Source: Thermodesulfobacteriota bacterium (GTDB lineage: Bacteria; Desulfobacterota_D; UBA1144; Nemesobacterales; JAJCZQ01). Taken from it: a stretch of 64,000 nt of DNA. Where the stretch lies: NCBI GenBank assembly GCA_965215275.1, contig OZ244044.1:864001-928000 (forward strand), read 5' to 3'. Of this stretch, positions 51,180 through 60,735 are shown one piece after another; the first letter of the stretch is position 1; each line of letters opens with the position of its first letter. The position numbers and the translations under genes were made by a program. The notes beneath the pieces were generated by a model. It did not search any database, was not told where the DNA came from, and saw only the letters and a program-made list of their open reading frames with translations.

Positions 51180-51264
51180 TATAATCATATTTTTAAAGGG
51201 GTTATAGTATCCTGTTTATCTGATAAAACGCATTATATTCCCTTTGTTATCCATAAATACCCTT

Positions 51265-51395
51265 TTGACGGAGTTTTCATATTGTGATAGAATATCCGAT
51301 ACACATAATGACCTCCGGGAGCGTGTAATTTAAAGTCATATTTCTACCTCCATTAGTTAATCTGATCGTATTTACACGCTCCCAACTCTTCTTTT
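51265..51395 (+). promoter_or_regulatory. sigma70-like promoter followed by a 12-bp stem (candidate sRNA)
   Basis: TTGACG-17-TAGAAT with TG extension; GGGAGCGTGTAA (51317-51328) / TTACACGCTCCC (51372-51383). Confidence 0.45.
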
Positions 51396-51426
51396 ATTCA
51401 GCCTTTCTGCAAAAAACCTTAATCCG

Positions 51427-52230
51427 TCAGAGGTTCTGTTTGACGATCAGGACCTCTTCAAGGGAATTTACCGGAACTTCAGGGAACAACCTGGCTTTGA
51501 ACAGACCACCTTGTTTTTCCATACTTTCCACTTTTCCGATCAGCATTCCCTTCGGTAATCCATCTTTACCGGACGTTATCACCACGTCTCCCGTTCTTGC
51601 ACTTGACCCGCTTTCCAGATATTCCAGCACGCATCCGCTCCCGGCACCCTTGACTATACCCCTTGCTCTGGTCCGCTGAACTATTGCATCAACGGCACTT
51701 ATAGGGTCCGTGATAAGGATCACGTGAGAACTCGTGCCGTTCACCAGAAACACCTTGCCTACTATACCTGCCTGGGTCGTGACCGGCATTCCCGGATGTA
51801 TACCATGGCTCTCTCCCCTGTCTACTATCAGGAATTCCGACCGAAAAGGTAAAAGACCTCCTCCGATCACGTTTGCCGTAACGACCTCGTAGGAACTTTC
51901 GGACATAAAACCCAGCAGTTCCCTCAACCTTCTGTTCTGTATCTGTATTTCTTCCATACTTAAAAGATCCGCCTGAAGCTTGAGGTTTTTGCTTTTTAAA
52001 GTTCTGTTTTCCTGTTCTTTGTCTTTTAAGATCAGATAGTCCGACCAGACGTTCTTCACGGATGACTTGATACCGTGAATGGCCGCGTACACGTAGTGGT
52101 TAACGCTCATAACCCCTTTGTAAACAGGGTCCCCTTTCCTGTCATCTTCATAGATAAAAGGAAAGACCTGCACGGCACAAAAGAAGAACAGAAAGGATAT
52201 TATCAGAGGATGGTTCTTTATAAATCCCAT
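51427..52230 (-). CDS. mreC: rod shape-determining protein MreC
   Basis: NRRLRELL, DRG...GI..GMPV, GD.VITSG. Confidence 0.92.
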   Translation of the reverse strand: MGFIKNHPLIISFLFFFCAVQVFPFIYEDDRKGDPVYKGVMSVNHYVYAAIHGIKSSVKNVWSDYLILKDKEQENRTLKSKNLKLQADLLSMEEIQIQNRRLRELLGFMSESSYEVVTANVIGGGLLPFRSEFLIVDRGESHGIHPGMPVTTQAGIVGKVFLVNGTSSHVILITDPISAVDAIVQRTRARGIVKGAGSGCVLEYLESGSSARTGDVVITSGKDGLPKGMLIGKVESMEKQGGLFKARLFPEVPVNSLEEVLIVKQNL

Positions 52231-52240
52231 ATTGTACTTT

Positions 52241-53293
52241 TCAGCTGATGCTCACCGCTTTTAACAGGTCTATTTTATCCAGAGCCTTTCCTGACCCCAG
52301 GACCACGCACTGCAGTGGATTTTCAGCAACAATGACGTGAACTCCAGTTTCAAGATTAATAAGTTCATCCAGTCCGTTGATAAGTGCACCTCCACCTGCC
52401 AGTACTATCCCTGAATCGATTATATCTGCCGCGAGCTCGGGTGGTGTTCTCTCAAGCGTCTGCTTTATGGCGTCCACTATTGCTTTGACAGGTTCTGAGA
52501 TCGCCTCTCTGACCGAGTCTGCGGTAAGTTCGAGAGTGATGGGGTTTCCGGTCTGTATATTTCTTCCCCTGACCTCCATTGATCTTGCACCCGTTATTTT
52601 ACCGTCCGCGGCCTGTATGGCACTGCCGATCTTTTTCTTTATACCCTCCGCCGTTCTCTCCCCTATCAGCACGCCGTTGTTCCTCTTCACGAACTGAACG
52701 ATGGATTCATTTAACTTATCCCCACCAACCTTAATGGACTTGCTGACCACTATTGCTGAAAGGGCAATTACCGCAATACCCGTGGTCCCGCCACCTATAT
52801 CAACGACCATGTTCCCCTCGGGTTCGGTCACGGTAAGTCCGGAACCCAGAGCGGCAGACACGGTCTCTTCTATTAAAAAGACCTCCCTGGCTCCCGCGGA
52901 CTCGGCAGATTCCTGAACGGCTCTTTTTTCAACTTCCGTTATACCTATCGGAACTGAAATAACTACCCGCGGTCTGACCAGACTTTTACGATTATTATGG
53001 GTTTTTGTAATAAAGTACTCGATCATCTTCTGGGCAACCTCAAAATCTGCGATCACCCCGTCGCGAAGCGGTCTTATGGCCTCTATTAACTTTGGCGTTC
53101 TGCCGACCATCTCGTACGCTTCCATGCCCACGGCAATGACCTTCCTCTGCCCTCCGCCTTTATTCTTAATTGCCACCACGGAAGGTTCGTTGGCAACCAC
53201 CCCCTTTCCTTTTATGTAAACGAGCGTATTTGCCGTGCCGAGGTCAATGGCAAGGTCATTTGAAAAAAGCCCCAGAATTGAATTGATAATCAA
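52241..53293 (-). CDS. mreB: actin-like MreB
   Basis: IDLGTANT, DGVIADF, VVDIGGGTT, PPELAADI. Confidence 0.97.
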   Translation of the reverse strand: MIINSILGLFSNDLAIDLGTANTLVYIKGKGVVANEPSVVAIKNKGGGQRKVIAVGMEAYEMVGRTPKLIEAIRPLRDGVIADFEVAQKMIEYFITKTHNNRKSLVRPRVVISVPIGITEVEKRAVQESAESAGAREVFLIEETVSAALGSGLTVTEPEGNMVVDIGGGTTGIAVIALSAIVVSKSIKVGGDKLNESIVQFVKRNNGVLIGERTAEGIKKKIGSAIQAADGKITGARSMEVRGRNIQTGNPITLELTADSVREAISEPVKAIVDAIKQTLERTPPELAADIIDSGIVLAGGGALINGLDELINLETGVHVIVAENPLQCVVLGSGKALDKIDLLKAVSIS

Positions 53294-53453
53294 TGATGTT
53301 TCTCCCTTACTTCAAGATGAAATCAATAAGATTGAGATCGTGCATCTTAGCCAGTAATTCAACCTTAAGAACGGACGATGTTCATCATAAAAATAATATT
53401 ATGTACGCTCATTAAAATCAAGATAAAAGCGGTACATTTAAGAAAAATTTTCT

Positions 53454-54476
53454 TTACACGAAGTTATCTACAAAAGGCAGAGTGCAGACGGACGCCTTTA
53501 TATAAAGACCATCTGACAGATCTGCTATATTTACTTTCAGCGAATCTTCATTGAACTCCCTTCTTATATAACCGGTCGCTATTACCCTGTTAAGCGTGGG
53601 TGAGTAGGTGCATGAAGTCAGTTTTCCGGCTTTTTTACCTTCCACGAATATCTCGCTTCCCGGCTCAGGGACCTTTTTAAGTCCATCGACCTTAAAACCC
53701 ACCAGATGCCAGTTCACCCTGCCTCTCCACTTTATCCTTGCAATAACCTCCTGTCCTATGTAGCACCCTTTTTCAAAATCCAGTGCTTTCCACAGACCTG
53801 CCTCTATGGGGATCGTATTTTCATCCATATCCTTTCCCAGAACGGGAATGCCCGCTTCTATCCTCAGAACTTCCATAGCTTCTGAACCGAACGGCCTGAA
53901 ACCATCTACGGACGAACTGCCGATCATATCAGACCATATATCCTTACCCTCGTTCTTGTCAGCATATATATCATAACCCGTTTCACCCGTACGGTTGATC
54001 TTTATGATCAGAGCCGTACCGTCACCTTCTGATCTTACGGAATCAAATTCATTCAGCGGTTCCCGTACTGTATCAAAGATCTGTTTTATAACGTGAACTG
54101 CATCAGGTCCGCAGACATGAAACAGGCTCAATTTCTGAGTAACGTCTTCTATGTCTGCTCTGTAGGAAAGGCGATATTTTAACAGATATTTATAAAACTC
54201 CTCGGTAACATGAGGCTCGAGATCAAGTATTACATTGTCTCTCAGCTTATGGACCTTCATATCGGCGATCATCTTCCCCTTGGGCGTAAGTGACGTGGCG
54301 TAAACCCCTTCAGATGTTTTCAGCTTAATAACGTCATTGGTCAGCATTCCCTGAAGGAGTTTCAGATGTTCCTCTCCCGACAGCTTTAATTTACCCCTTT
54401 GAGAAAGGTCGATGATCCCAGCACTATTTCTGACGCTTTCTACCTCACTTGAAATATCCGTATACAAGCTGTTCAT
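53454..54476 (-). CDS. ygfZ: YgfZ/GcvT-family folate-binding protein
   Basis: KGCYIGQE, LRIEAG. Confidence 0.85.
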   Translation of the reverse strand: MNSLYTDISSEVESVRNSAGIIDLSQRGKLKLSGEEHLKLLQGMLTNDVIKLKTSEGVYATSLTPKGKMIADMKVHKLRDNVILDLEPHVTEEFYKYLLKYRLSYRADIEDVTQKLSLFHVCGPDAVHVIKQIFDTVREPLNEFDSVRSEGDGTALIIKINRTGETGYDIYADKNEGKDIWSDMIGSSSVDGFRPFGSEAMEVLRIEAGIPVLGKDMDENTIPIEAGLWKALDFEKGCYIGQEVIARIKWRGRVNWHLVGFKVDGLKKVPEPGSEIFVEGKKAGKLTSCTYSPTLNRVIATGYIRREFNEDSLKVNIADLSDGLYIKASVCTLPFVDNFV

Positions 54477-54759
54477 GATCGTATTTTAACTGGAATTATA
54501 CTCAAGATAAGAATAAAAAAGGGATTACATACTTTGTTATCCAAAGTAACTTAACTGTGAAGTTTTATTAGTTTGTTTTTATTACTTTTTACGAAGTTAT
54601 CCTTGTCTTTCATAAATCCAAATGGGAAATATTATCTGCGAAAGTGTGTCAATATAGCACAAAGCATTGATGACAAACCCTAATAATGCTTTAAGTGAAT
54701 TTGATGTTGAGAGATGTGCTGAGACTGCAGGAAGGCATTTTTTAACTTACGAAATAACT

Positions 54760-55065
54760 GGACCGTTTCTTATTGCTATACAGAAGTCCTGTTATATGTG
54801 TTAGTCTCAAAATCAGTCCCCATTAAGTCAAAAACCTCTTAAGTAATGTTCCTCTCCATACCTAACTTCCTTGAACCTTTAATATTTAAGATAAACAACT
54901 GATAACACCTTTACCGTCTAATGTAGTCAGTATCAATAGTCTCCCTAATGAAACTCGGTCCACTGATAGTCATAATTTGTGCAAGATATTTCGGTACTGG
55001 TTAGTAGTACTGTTCAATCTAAATAACTTTGCACCCATTCCTGCAGTAGGATCATTTAAAGCCAT
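54760..55065 (-). pseudogene. decayed phage major tail (tube) gene
   Basis: MALNDPTAGMGAKLFR / LAQIMTISGPSFIRETIDT / TTLD / FDLMGTDFE in shifting frames; 3' boundary approximate. Confidence 0.55.
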
Positions 55066-55084
55066 TATGCTTTTCTCCTGTTAA

Positions 55085-56104
55085 TTAGCTCATGTGTACT
55101 ATACCAATCGGGTCATTTGCGTTCGAATGTATCTGCGGAACCTGTATTGTAAAGACTATATATTTTGTTAACCACTGAATGTTAGTTAACGGAACCACTT
55201 CTAACAATCTAACAGTATCCTTAGACATATTAACTAATAGAACATTATCAGCTGGGAGTAAATCAGCGATTCTAATGTTGCTTATTTCTTTTCTATCAAT
55301 AATATATTTCCTGATAGTATTTCTTATTTTCTTGTAATATCTATCCAATACAGTAGCATATGCTGGCGGGATATACATTACAAACGGTCCATAGAAATGG
55401 TTGCCTATCATTGCTTCTTTCATACCTAATACATCTTGTATAATACCATGTTCAGTCTTATCAGGAGCTAACCAATTCATTCCACCTTCAAAATTAGCCT
55501 CCGTATTCCTGTTCGGATGATTTATATAGCTGTAAATATCTCGACCTGCATATTTATAAGTATTGTCGGTAAATAATATCTTGTCTAAGGACTTATATAT
55601 CTTTTTTATGGCCATTTCCACCATTATGATGTCTATTGCAACCCCTAAACTTCTGTTGTTTGCCAATGCTCTGATATTAAGGTTGCAACAAGAGTAAGTA
55701 ATAGGTAACGGTCCCCTATCTAGTTCGTCACATGGTGGTACACCATCCATGTGAAGTTGAGTTGCAAGAGCATCCCTAATATCAGACCATTCAGACACTG
55801 TATCCACCATACCCCCTAAATTACGAACCAACTCATAATTTATAAGATCATTTATTCCGCTATGGTAATCCTTCTTTTTAAAGTCTTTTAAACACCTATC
55901 TAATTCTGCCCATTCGGCCTTTCTGAAAACTGCGTTACAAGTTTGCTCATCAGAGTAGTTTTCAGTATCTTTTCGGTCCCCAGTTCCTTTTTTATCATAC
56001 ACTTTAATATACGCTCTACCATCGTTCCCAATCCAGGGACGTAGTTCGTGTATACTTTTAGATTGTATTAACTCATTAACATCCACATCTGTTATGTTCC
56101 CCAT
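55085..56104 (-). CDS. phage major capsid protein (HK97 fold, linocin/encapsulin-related)
   Basis: LRPWIG.DGRAYI, FRKAEWAELD, LPITY, YSYINHPNRN, HFYGPFVMYIP, LPADNVLLVNM, IQVPQIHS, GIVH. Confidence 0.8.
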   Translation of the reverse strand: MGNITDVDVNELIQSKSIHELRPWIGNDGRAYIKVYDKKGTGDRKDTENYSDEQTCNAVFRKAEWAELDRCLKDFKKKDYHSGINDLINYELVRNLGGMVDTVSEWSDIRDALATQLHMDGVPPCDELDRGPLPITYSCCNLNIRALANNRSLGVAIDIIMVEMAIKKIYKSLDKILFTDNTYKYAGRDIYSYINHPNRNTEANFEGGMNWLAPDKTEHGIIQDVLGMKEAMIGNHFYGPFVMYIPPAYATVLDRYYKKIRNTIRKYIIDRKEISNIRIADLLPADNVLLVNMSKDTVRLLEVVPLTNIQWLTKYIVFTIQVPQIHSNANDPIGIVHMS

Positions 56105-56132
56105 TTTCTTTCTTCTTGTCCTCCTTTATGTT

Positions 56133-56433
56133 CTATTTTTCTGTATCAAATTCTCTTGCTATACCTACAATTTCCCCAATGTGTTTCTGTGTTATTTCAT
56201 TGTCGTCTTCAGGCTTATCTAAATATCCACCACCTATAGAAATAAGTGCGTCTCCTTTCTTGATCGTCTGTAAAACTCCTGTAATTGCATACACTTGGTC
56301 TTCAGAACAAGGAAACCATACCTTGACTTTATCGTTAGCTGAATAGGCGTCCTTTTATTTTATTTTGTGTTTTTAAATCCTCTGACTTATCACGCGTCAC
56401 ACAAAACCTGACTTTAATCGTGTTGTAAACCAT
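56133..56433 (-). pseudogene. decayed phage head-decoration-like gene upstream of the capsid
   Basis: RBS AGGAGG; MVYNTIKV, then a frameshift to DAYSANDKVKVWFP...VYAI...GD.L.S.G.G.L...IVGIARE. Confidence 0.5.
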
Positions 56434-56488
56434 TATGATCTACCTCCTTCTTTATTTCCTTGTTTACCCAAATTAAAATCATCACCAT

Positions 56489-56524
56489 AAAAAAAGGGTA
56501 ACCACAAAAATGGCTACCCTTTTA
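56489..56524. terminator. intrinsic terminator after the porin-like gene
   Basis: AAAAAGGGTAACCA-loop-TGGCTACCCTTTT. Confidence 0.75.
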
Positions 56525-56559
56525 ATTTTAATTCAGTTCTTGTAAAACCGCTCTGTTCT

Positions 56560-58251
56560 CTATTTAAAGAACTGGTCAATTGACACAAGCAATTTACCCT
56601 GCACGGCAAACGGCAGATCACCGGCCTCACCTTCACCACAGTCAGTGACATCACCACACGATATCCTGGCCTGAGCTTCCAGAAGATCGGTCAGACCGTC
56701 ACCGGCAAGTATCACGCTGCCTATAAGGTCAAAAGTCACACCCGGGTAGATGCTCCAACTCAACGTACCTTCAACTTCCGTTCCAAGAAAACCGTCAACT
56801 TCTACGCCAGCCTCCATAATACCGTCTGTCTCGTTGTTCCAAGCCATAAGGACCTGTGGAGTGAACATCAACGTATCGTTCAGTTTAACCGTGCTGTAAA
56901 CCCTTGCATAGTAGGCGTTCTGAACGCTTGACTCGTTCCTTGCCACAACACCACCTGCGGATTGATAGATATTCGGGATCATATGTTTGAAGAGAAGGTT
57001 GTCCAGATTGTAAGCAGGACTGAAAACAATGATGTTGCCCTCTATTTCATCATCGACAGCAGTAGTACCACTATCACCATCGGCCCATCCGATTTCAGCT
57101 CCAACCACGCTTACCGGCATGCTCGGATACATTTCACCGCGAACGGCCCATATCATCTGGTTCCCTATATCGGTTTCATCTGCCGTTCCAAAGTTCTCCA
57201 GAGTACCAAAACCACCCTGAATTTCACCGATAACTCTCCACATATCGGTCTTAAGGTCAAATAACCCGGAATAAAGCGTAAAACGAGCCAGATCACCTGC
57301 CGGGGTATGTAACCGTTCCCCAATTGTTGGTACACAACCATCGTCTGGAATTGCTGAACCATCACCACATAACGCCGCCGTATAAGAATCTGCTCCAAAG
57401 GAGAAGTTATCCTGATGGATATACGGGAACAAGTAACCACCAACCGTCACGTTGATCCCCGAAACATCCGGATTATTATATATGACCGCAGCTGCCAGTA
57501 TATCGTAAGCGTTACCGGTTCCGGAAACCAAGCTGTTACCTCCGGTAATGATATCACTTACAACCACGGCGGTTACACTCGAGTTTCCAAATGGGAACGT
57601 TTTAAGCCATAAAAACCTGTCAACCAGAAATCCCAGGTCGGAATGCGGGTCCCATCCACCATTTGCCAGAAGTCCAAGACCCCAGTCAAAAGGCTGACGG
57701 CCAATCCTTACAAAACCCATATTATCAGGAAGGACCATATCAACGTGAAGCATACGGATCTCTAAAAATCCATTATCATCAGTAGCACTAGCTCCGGTCA
57801 ACAGAGGACCTCTCACCCTGTCCTGATTGGAAAGTGCGGAATTGACACGGGTCGCCCCTTCTCCGGCACCAGCACCCAACAGGTCTGAACTCAGTCCACC
57901 CCAAAGATTATTGCTGAAAACGTCAATCTGCGTTCTGATAGTTACAGCGTCGCTCAGAACCAGCTGGGGAGTTAAACGAAAAGTAGTATCAGCAAACAAG
58001 ACCTGATCACCATCATCTTCGAACCCCAAAACCATTGCTCCCGTTTCACCAAGAGCACTTACGTAGGTAGCACCGCTTATAAGGCGAACTCTCTGACGGA
58101 AGTAGCTTGGAAAACCACCCAGATTCAACGAAACACCTTCCGCCTGAACTTTTCCGCCTGAACCCCCTGAACCCGCCTGAACTGAAGTGGTCGGGACGGC
58201 AAAAAAGCCTAAACTCATAAAAAGAACCAAAAACCATTTGGCTATTTTCAT
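56560..58251 (-). CDS. outer-membrane beta-barrel/porin-like protein
   Basis: Signal peptide, IGRQPFDWGLGL, GTEVEG, aromatic C-terminus. Confidence 0.75.
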   Translation of the reverse strand: MKIAKWFLVLFMSLGFFAVPTTSVQAGSGGSGGKVQAEGVSLNLGGFPSYFRQRVRLISGATYVSALGETGAMVLGFEDDGDQVLFADTTFRLTPQLVLSDAVTIRTQIDVFSNNLWGGLSSDLLGAGAGEGATRVNSALSNQDRVRGPLLTGASATDDNGFLEIRMLHVDMVLPDNMGFVRIGRQPFDWGLGLLANGGWDPHSDLGFLVDRFLWLKTFPFGNSSVTAVVVSDIITGGNSLVSGTGNAYDILAAAVIYNNPDVSGINVTVGGYLFPYIHQDNFSFGADSYTAALCGDGSAIPDDGCVPTIGERLHTPAGDLARFTLYSGLFDLKTDMWRVIGEIQGGFGTLENFGTADETDIGNQMIWAVRGEMYPSMPVSVVGAEIGWADGDSGTTAVDDEIEGNIIVFSPAYNLDNLLFKHMIPNIYQSAGGVVARNESSVQNAYYARVYSTVKLNDTLMFTPQVLMAWNNETDGIMEAGVEVDGFLGTEVEGTLSWSIYPGVTFDLIGSVILAGDGLTDLLEAQARISCGDVTDCGEGEAGDLPFAVQGKLLVSIDQFFK

Positions 58252-58298
58252 CTCTCCTTAACCTCCTTAAAAATTGTATAATTTACCATTTTACACAG

Positions 58299-58327
58299 AT
58301 TGTAAACAAAACGTATAAATGTGTCAA
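58299..58327 (-). promoter_or_regulatory. sigma70 promoter
   Basis: TTGACA-17-TACAAT upstream of RBS AAGGAG(G). Confidence 0.65.
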
Positions 58328-58377
58328 GCATTATTTTTCAGATAAGCATACACAACAGATCCATGTAAAAAAACATT

Positions 58378-58417
58378 GAGTAAAAGACCAGGTCCTGACG
58401 ACCCGGCCTTTTACTCT
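58378..58417. terminator. hairpin between the two porin genes
   Basis: GAGTAAAAG...CTTTTACTC inverted repeat. Confidence 0.5.
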
Positions 58418-58459
58418 GGAAATATTAAAGAGATAAAAGAGACGTGTCAAGTGCTGCTT

Positions 58460-59821
58460 TTAAAAATAAGCCTGGAACTGTACTCTGAAACGGCTTTCAT
58501 CGACCTCGTCACCGGCAGCATCCTCATCCGTTATACGAGAGAAATCAGCCTGGAACTTAAGTCTGTGATCCTGGCTAAAATAGTAGCTTATACCACCGGT
58601 CCATTCAGTGCTGGATGCATCTCCATCCAATGCCAGGTCATCATCATACTCTAACACAGCGTATCTGGCCCCTATCTCCAGGGTCATGGGAATGACGAAA
58701 AAACCACCCTGAAACCTGAAACCATGGTCGTAGGTCTTATCTTCGGTCATATCATCACCCGAAGGATCGGCCCACATACCAACGTATTCAGCTTCCAGGT
58801 TCCCCATCGGATGCACAAAAGAAACGTCAGCGGTCCAGGCCGTCATAGTAACTGACGTGGCGTTGGTAAAATCCCTGGACCTCCTGTCAAATAATTTACT
58901 GTCGGTCTCATCAAAGGGATTACCATCATCATTTATATCAGTATCTAAATAGGCAAATCCGGTTCCCAGCTGCAATCTCATTTCCTTTGCAAAGTTCGGT
59001 TTGATCTTCAACCCCGTTTCAAATGGATTTACCATTACCCTTCCAGCCCAGAGAAAACTGGAATCTTTCCCGTTCTCATCACCCTCGTCGGCATTTCTTC
59101 CCTCACCCTGGAAAGCACCGATATGATATCCGAACATCTTGCCGGATTTACCTGCAAAACTGACGCCTATGTCCCTTCCAAACGCAAACTGATTTACGAT
59201 AGACCTGGCGACAAACTGCAGCGCCGAACTTGAGTTACCTTCTTCCCTGTTAAAAGGTACTTTGTACTGTCCAAAGGCCGGGCTGAACATCTTATTGTAG
59301 GCGATCTTAAACTTCAGGTCCCTGAGTTCAGCATCCTTATCACTTGCATCTATCTGGAGTTTATACTTAAACCAGGGTGCAATAGCGTTCCCGTCCCATA
59401 CCAGTCTGACTCTTGGAAAATCCCACTCGGTAGTTTTAGCCTCGTCGTCCACGTCCGTCACGGTTGCTCTGAACTGACCGAGAAGTCTGAGTCTCATCTT
59501 ATATGCTCCATCATCTGACTTCCAGGTGAGACCGCTTCCTTTTTTGATCTTGCCTTTAATACCCCTTTTCCAGTCAGATCCGGAAGCAGACTTAACACCG
59601 GTCCCCCTGGAATATCTACCCTGAACCTCTTCCTCAAGCTGATTGATCCTTTCCTGCATCATCTGCATCTGCCTCTTCATGTTCCTGATCTGGTAAGATG
59701 CTCCGGCTACGTTGTAACCTTGATCGCTTTGCGCCCTGGCAAAGTCAACGCTGAAACCGGCTACAAGAACGACAAGTAAAAAAGTCAAAACATTGGTAAC
59801 GCTATCCCTGATCTGCATCAA
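58460..59821 (-). CDS. phosphate-selective porin (OprO/OprP-like)
   Basis: Signal plus coiled coil, GQYKVPF.RE...SS, GRDIG, C-terminal F; divergent from phoBR. Confidence 0.8.
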   Translation of the reverse strand: MMQIRDSVTNVLTFLLVVLVAGFSVDFARAQSDQGYNVAGASYQIRNMKRQMQMMQERINQLEEEVQGRYSRGTGVKSASGSDWKRGIKGKIKKGSGLTWKSDDGAYKMRLRLLGQFRATVTDVDDEAKTTEWDFPRVRLVWDGNAIAPWFKYKLQIDASDKDAELRDLKFKIAYNKMFSPAFGQYKVPFNREEGNSSSALQFVARSIVNQFAFGRDIGVSFAGKSGKMFGYHIGAFQGEGRNADEGDENGKDSSFLWAGRVMVNPFETGLKIKPNFAKEMRLQLGTGFAYLDTDINDDGNPFDETDSKLFDRRSRDFTNATSVTMTAWTADVSFVHPMGNLEAEYVGMWADPSGDDMTEDKTYDHGFRFQGGFFVIPMTLEIGARYAVLEYDDDLALDGDASSTEWTGGISYYFSQDHRLKFQADFSRITDEDAAGDEVDESRFRVQFQAYF

Positions 59822-60044
59822 TTGATCCTCCTGCTGTAATTTGCTGCCTATGATACTAATTTCATATTATAAAGTAATTGTGAAACAAATATTAATTTAC
59901 CGTTAAGTCTGATCGTAATTGAAAGATCGTCAGCAAAGGTCAGCAGGTTTTATGTTAGAATTGTCATTAATATATAAAGGTCGGGGTATCCGATGATCCA
60001 TACATGAGTAAACCCCGCGACGGGAGCAGAGAGGAAAAAGGCCA

Positions 60045-60731
60045 ATGGAAAAACTGATAGCAGTGGTAGATGACGAAAAGGACATAGTCGATCTTGTAAA
60101 GCATCACCTTAAAAGAGAAGGGTACAGGACCAAGGGATTTTACAACAGCAGAGACTTCCTGCTGTTCATCGAGTCCATTATCCCGGACCTTCTTATTCTG
60201 GATATAATGCTTCCGGGAATGGACGGTCTTGAGGTCTGTAAACTGCTGAAAGGTAAAAAGTCCACTTCCTCGGTCCCTATAATAATGCTGACCGCAAAAG
60301 GAACGGAAGCGGACATCGTGGTAGGACTTGAGATGGGAGCAGATGACTACATGATAAAACCGTTCAGTCCGAGAGAACTGGTCGCAAGGGTCAAGACCGT
60401 CCTGAGACGCTCGGGTAAAAAAGAGACTGAAAAAGAACTGGTAACGCTCGGGGACCTGTCCATCAACGCCCAGAGGTACGAGGTTTACGTAAAGAGCAGG
60501 AAAATAGACCTGACCACGACCGAGTTCAAGATACTGGAATCCCTGGTGAACGGCAGCGGCAGGGTTTTTACCAGAGACCAGCTCCTCAAGCAGAAAAGGC
60601 TCTGGGGAGATGATAAGCTCATATACGACAGAACGATAGACGTTCATATTAAAAACCTGAGGGACAAGCTGGGCAGTTCAGGTAAAATGATAAAAACAGT
60701 AAGAAGTATAGGTTATAAACTGGACGTTTAA
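60045..60731 (+). CDS. phoB: OmpR-family response regulator (PhoB/PhoP-like)
   Basis: VDDE, LDIMLPG, KPFSPREL, RTIDVHI; context with PhoR and porin. Confidence 0.8.
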   Translation: MEKLIAVVDDEKDIVDLVKHHLKREGYRTKGFYNSRDFLLFIESIIPDLLILDIMLPGMDGLEVCKLLKGKKSTSSVPIIMLTAKGTEADIVVGLEMGADDYMIKPFSPRELVARVKTVLRRSGKKETEKELVTLGDLSINAQRYEVYVKSRKIDLTTTEFKILESLVNGSGRVFTRDQLLKQKRLWGDDKLIYDRTIDVHIKNLRDKLGSSGKMIKTVRSIGYKLDV

Positions 60732-60735
60732 AAAG

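Larger units (their letters stand above)
47041..51243 (+). repeat. 56-bp direct repeat (47041-47096 and 51188-51243) containing a 45-bp fused-TIR mini-element
   Basis: 52/56 identical; GGGGTTATA.TATCCTGTTTATCTGATAAA.C.CATTATATTCCC. Confidence 0.85.

Noticed and set aside
56116..56346. Plus-strand 76-aa ORF
   Set aside because: Shadow of the minus-strand decoration-like pseudogene
54521..56450. Intact prophage or gene transfer agent
   Set aside because: No terminase, portal, integrase or lysis genes; flanking structural genes are frameshifted
37717..60647. Long antisense ORFs (e.g. 38987-39655, 42132-42968, 59967-60647)
   Set aside because: They overlap well-supported genes on the other strand and show no family motifs
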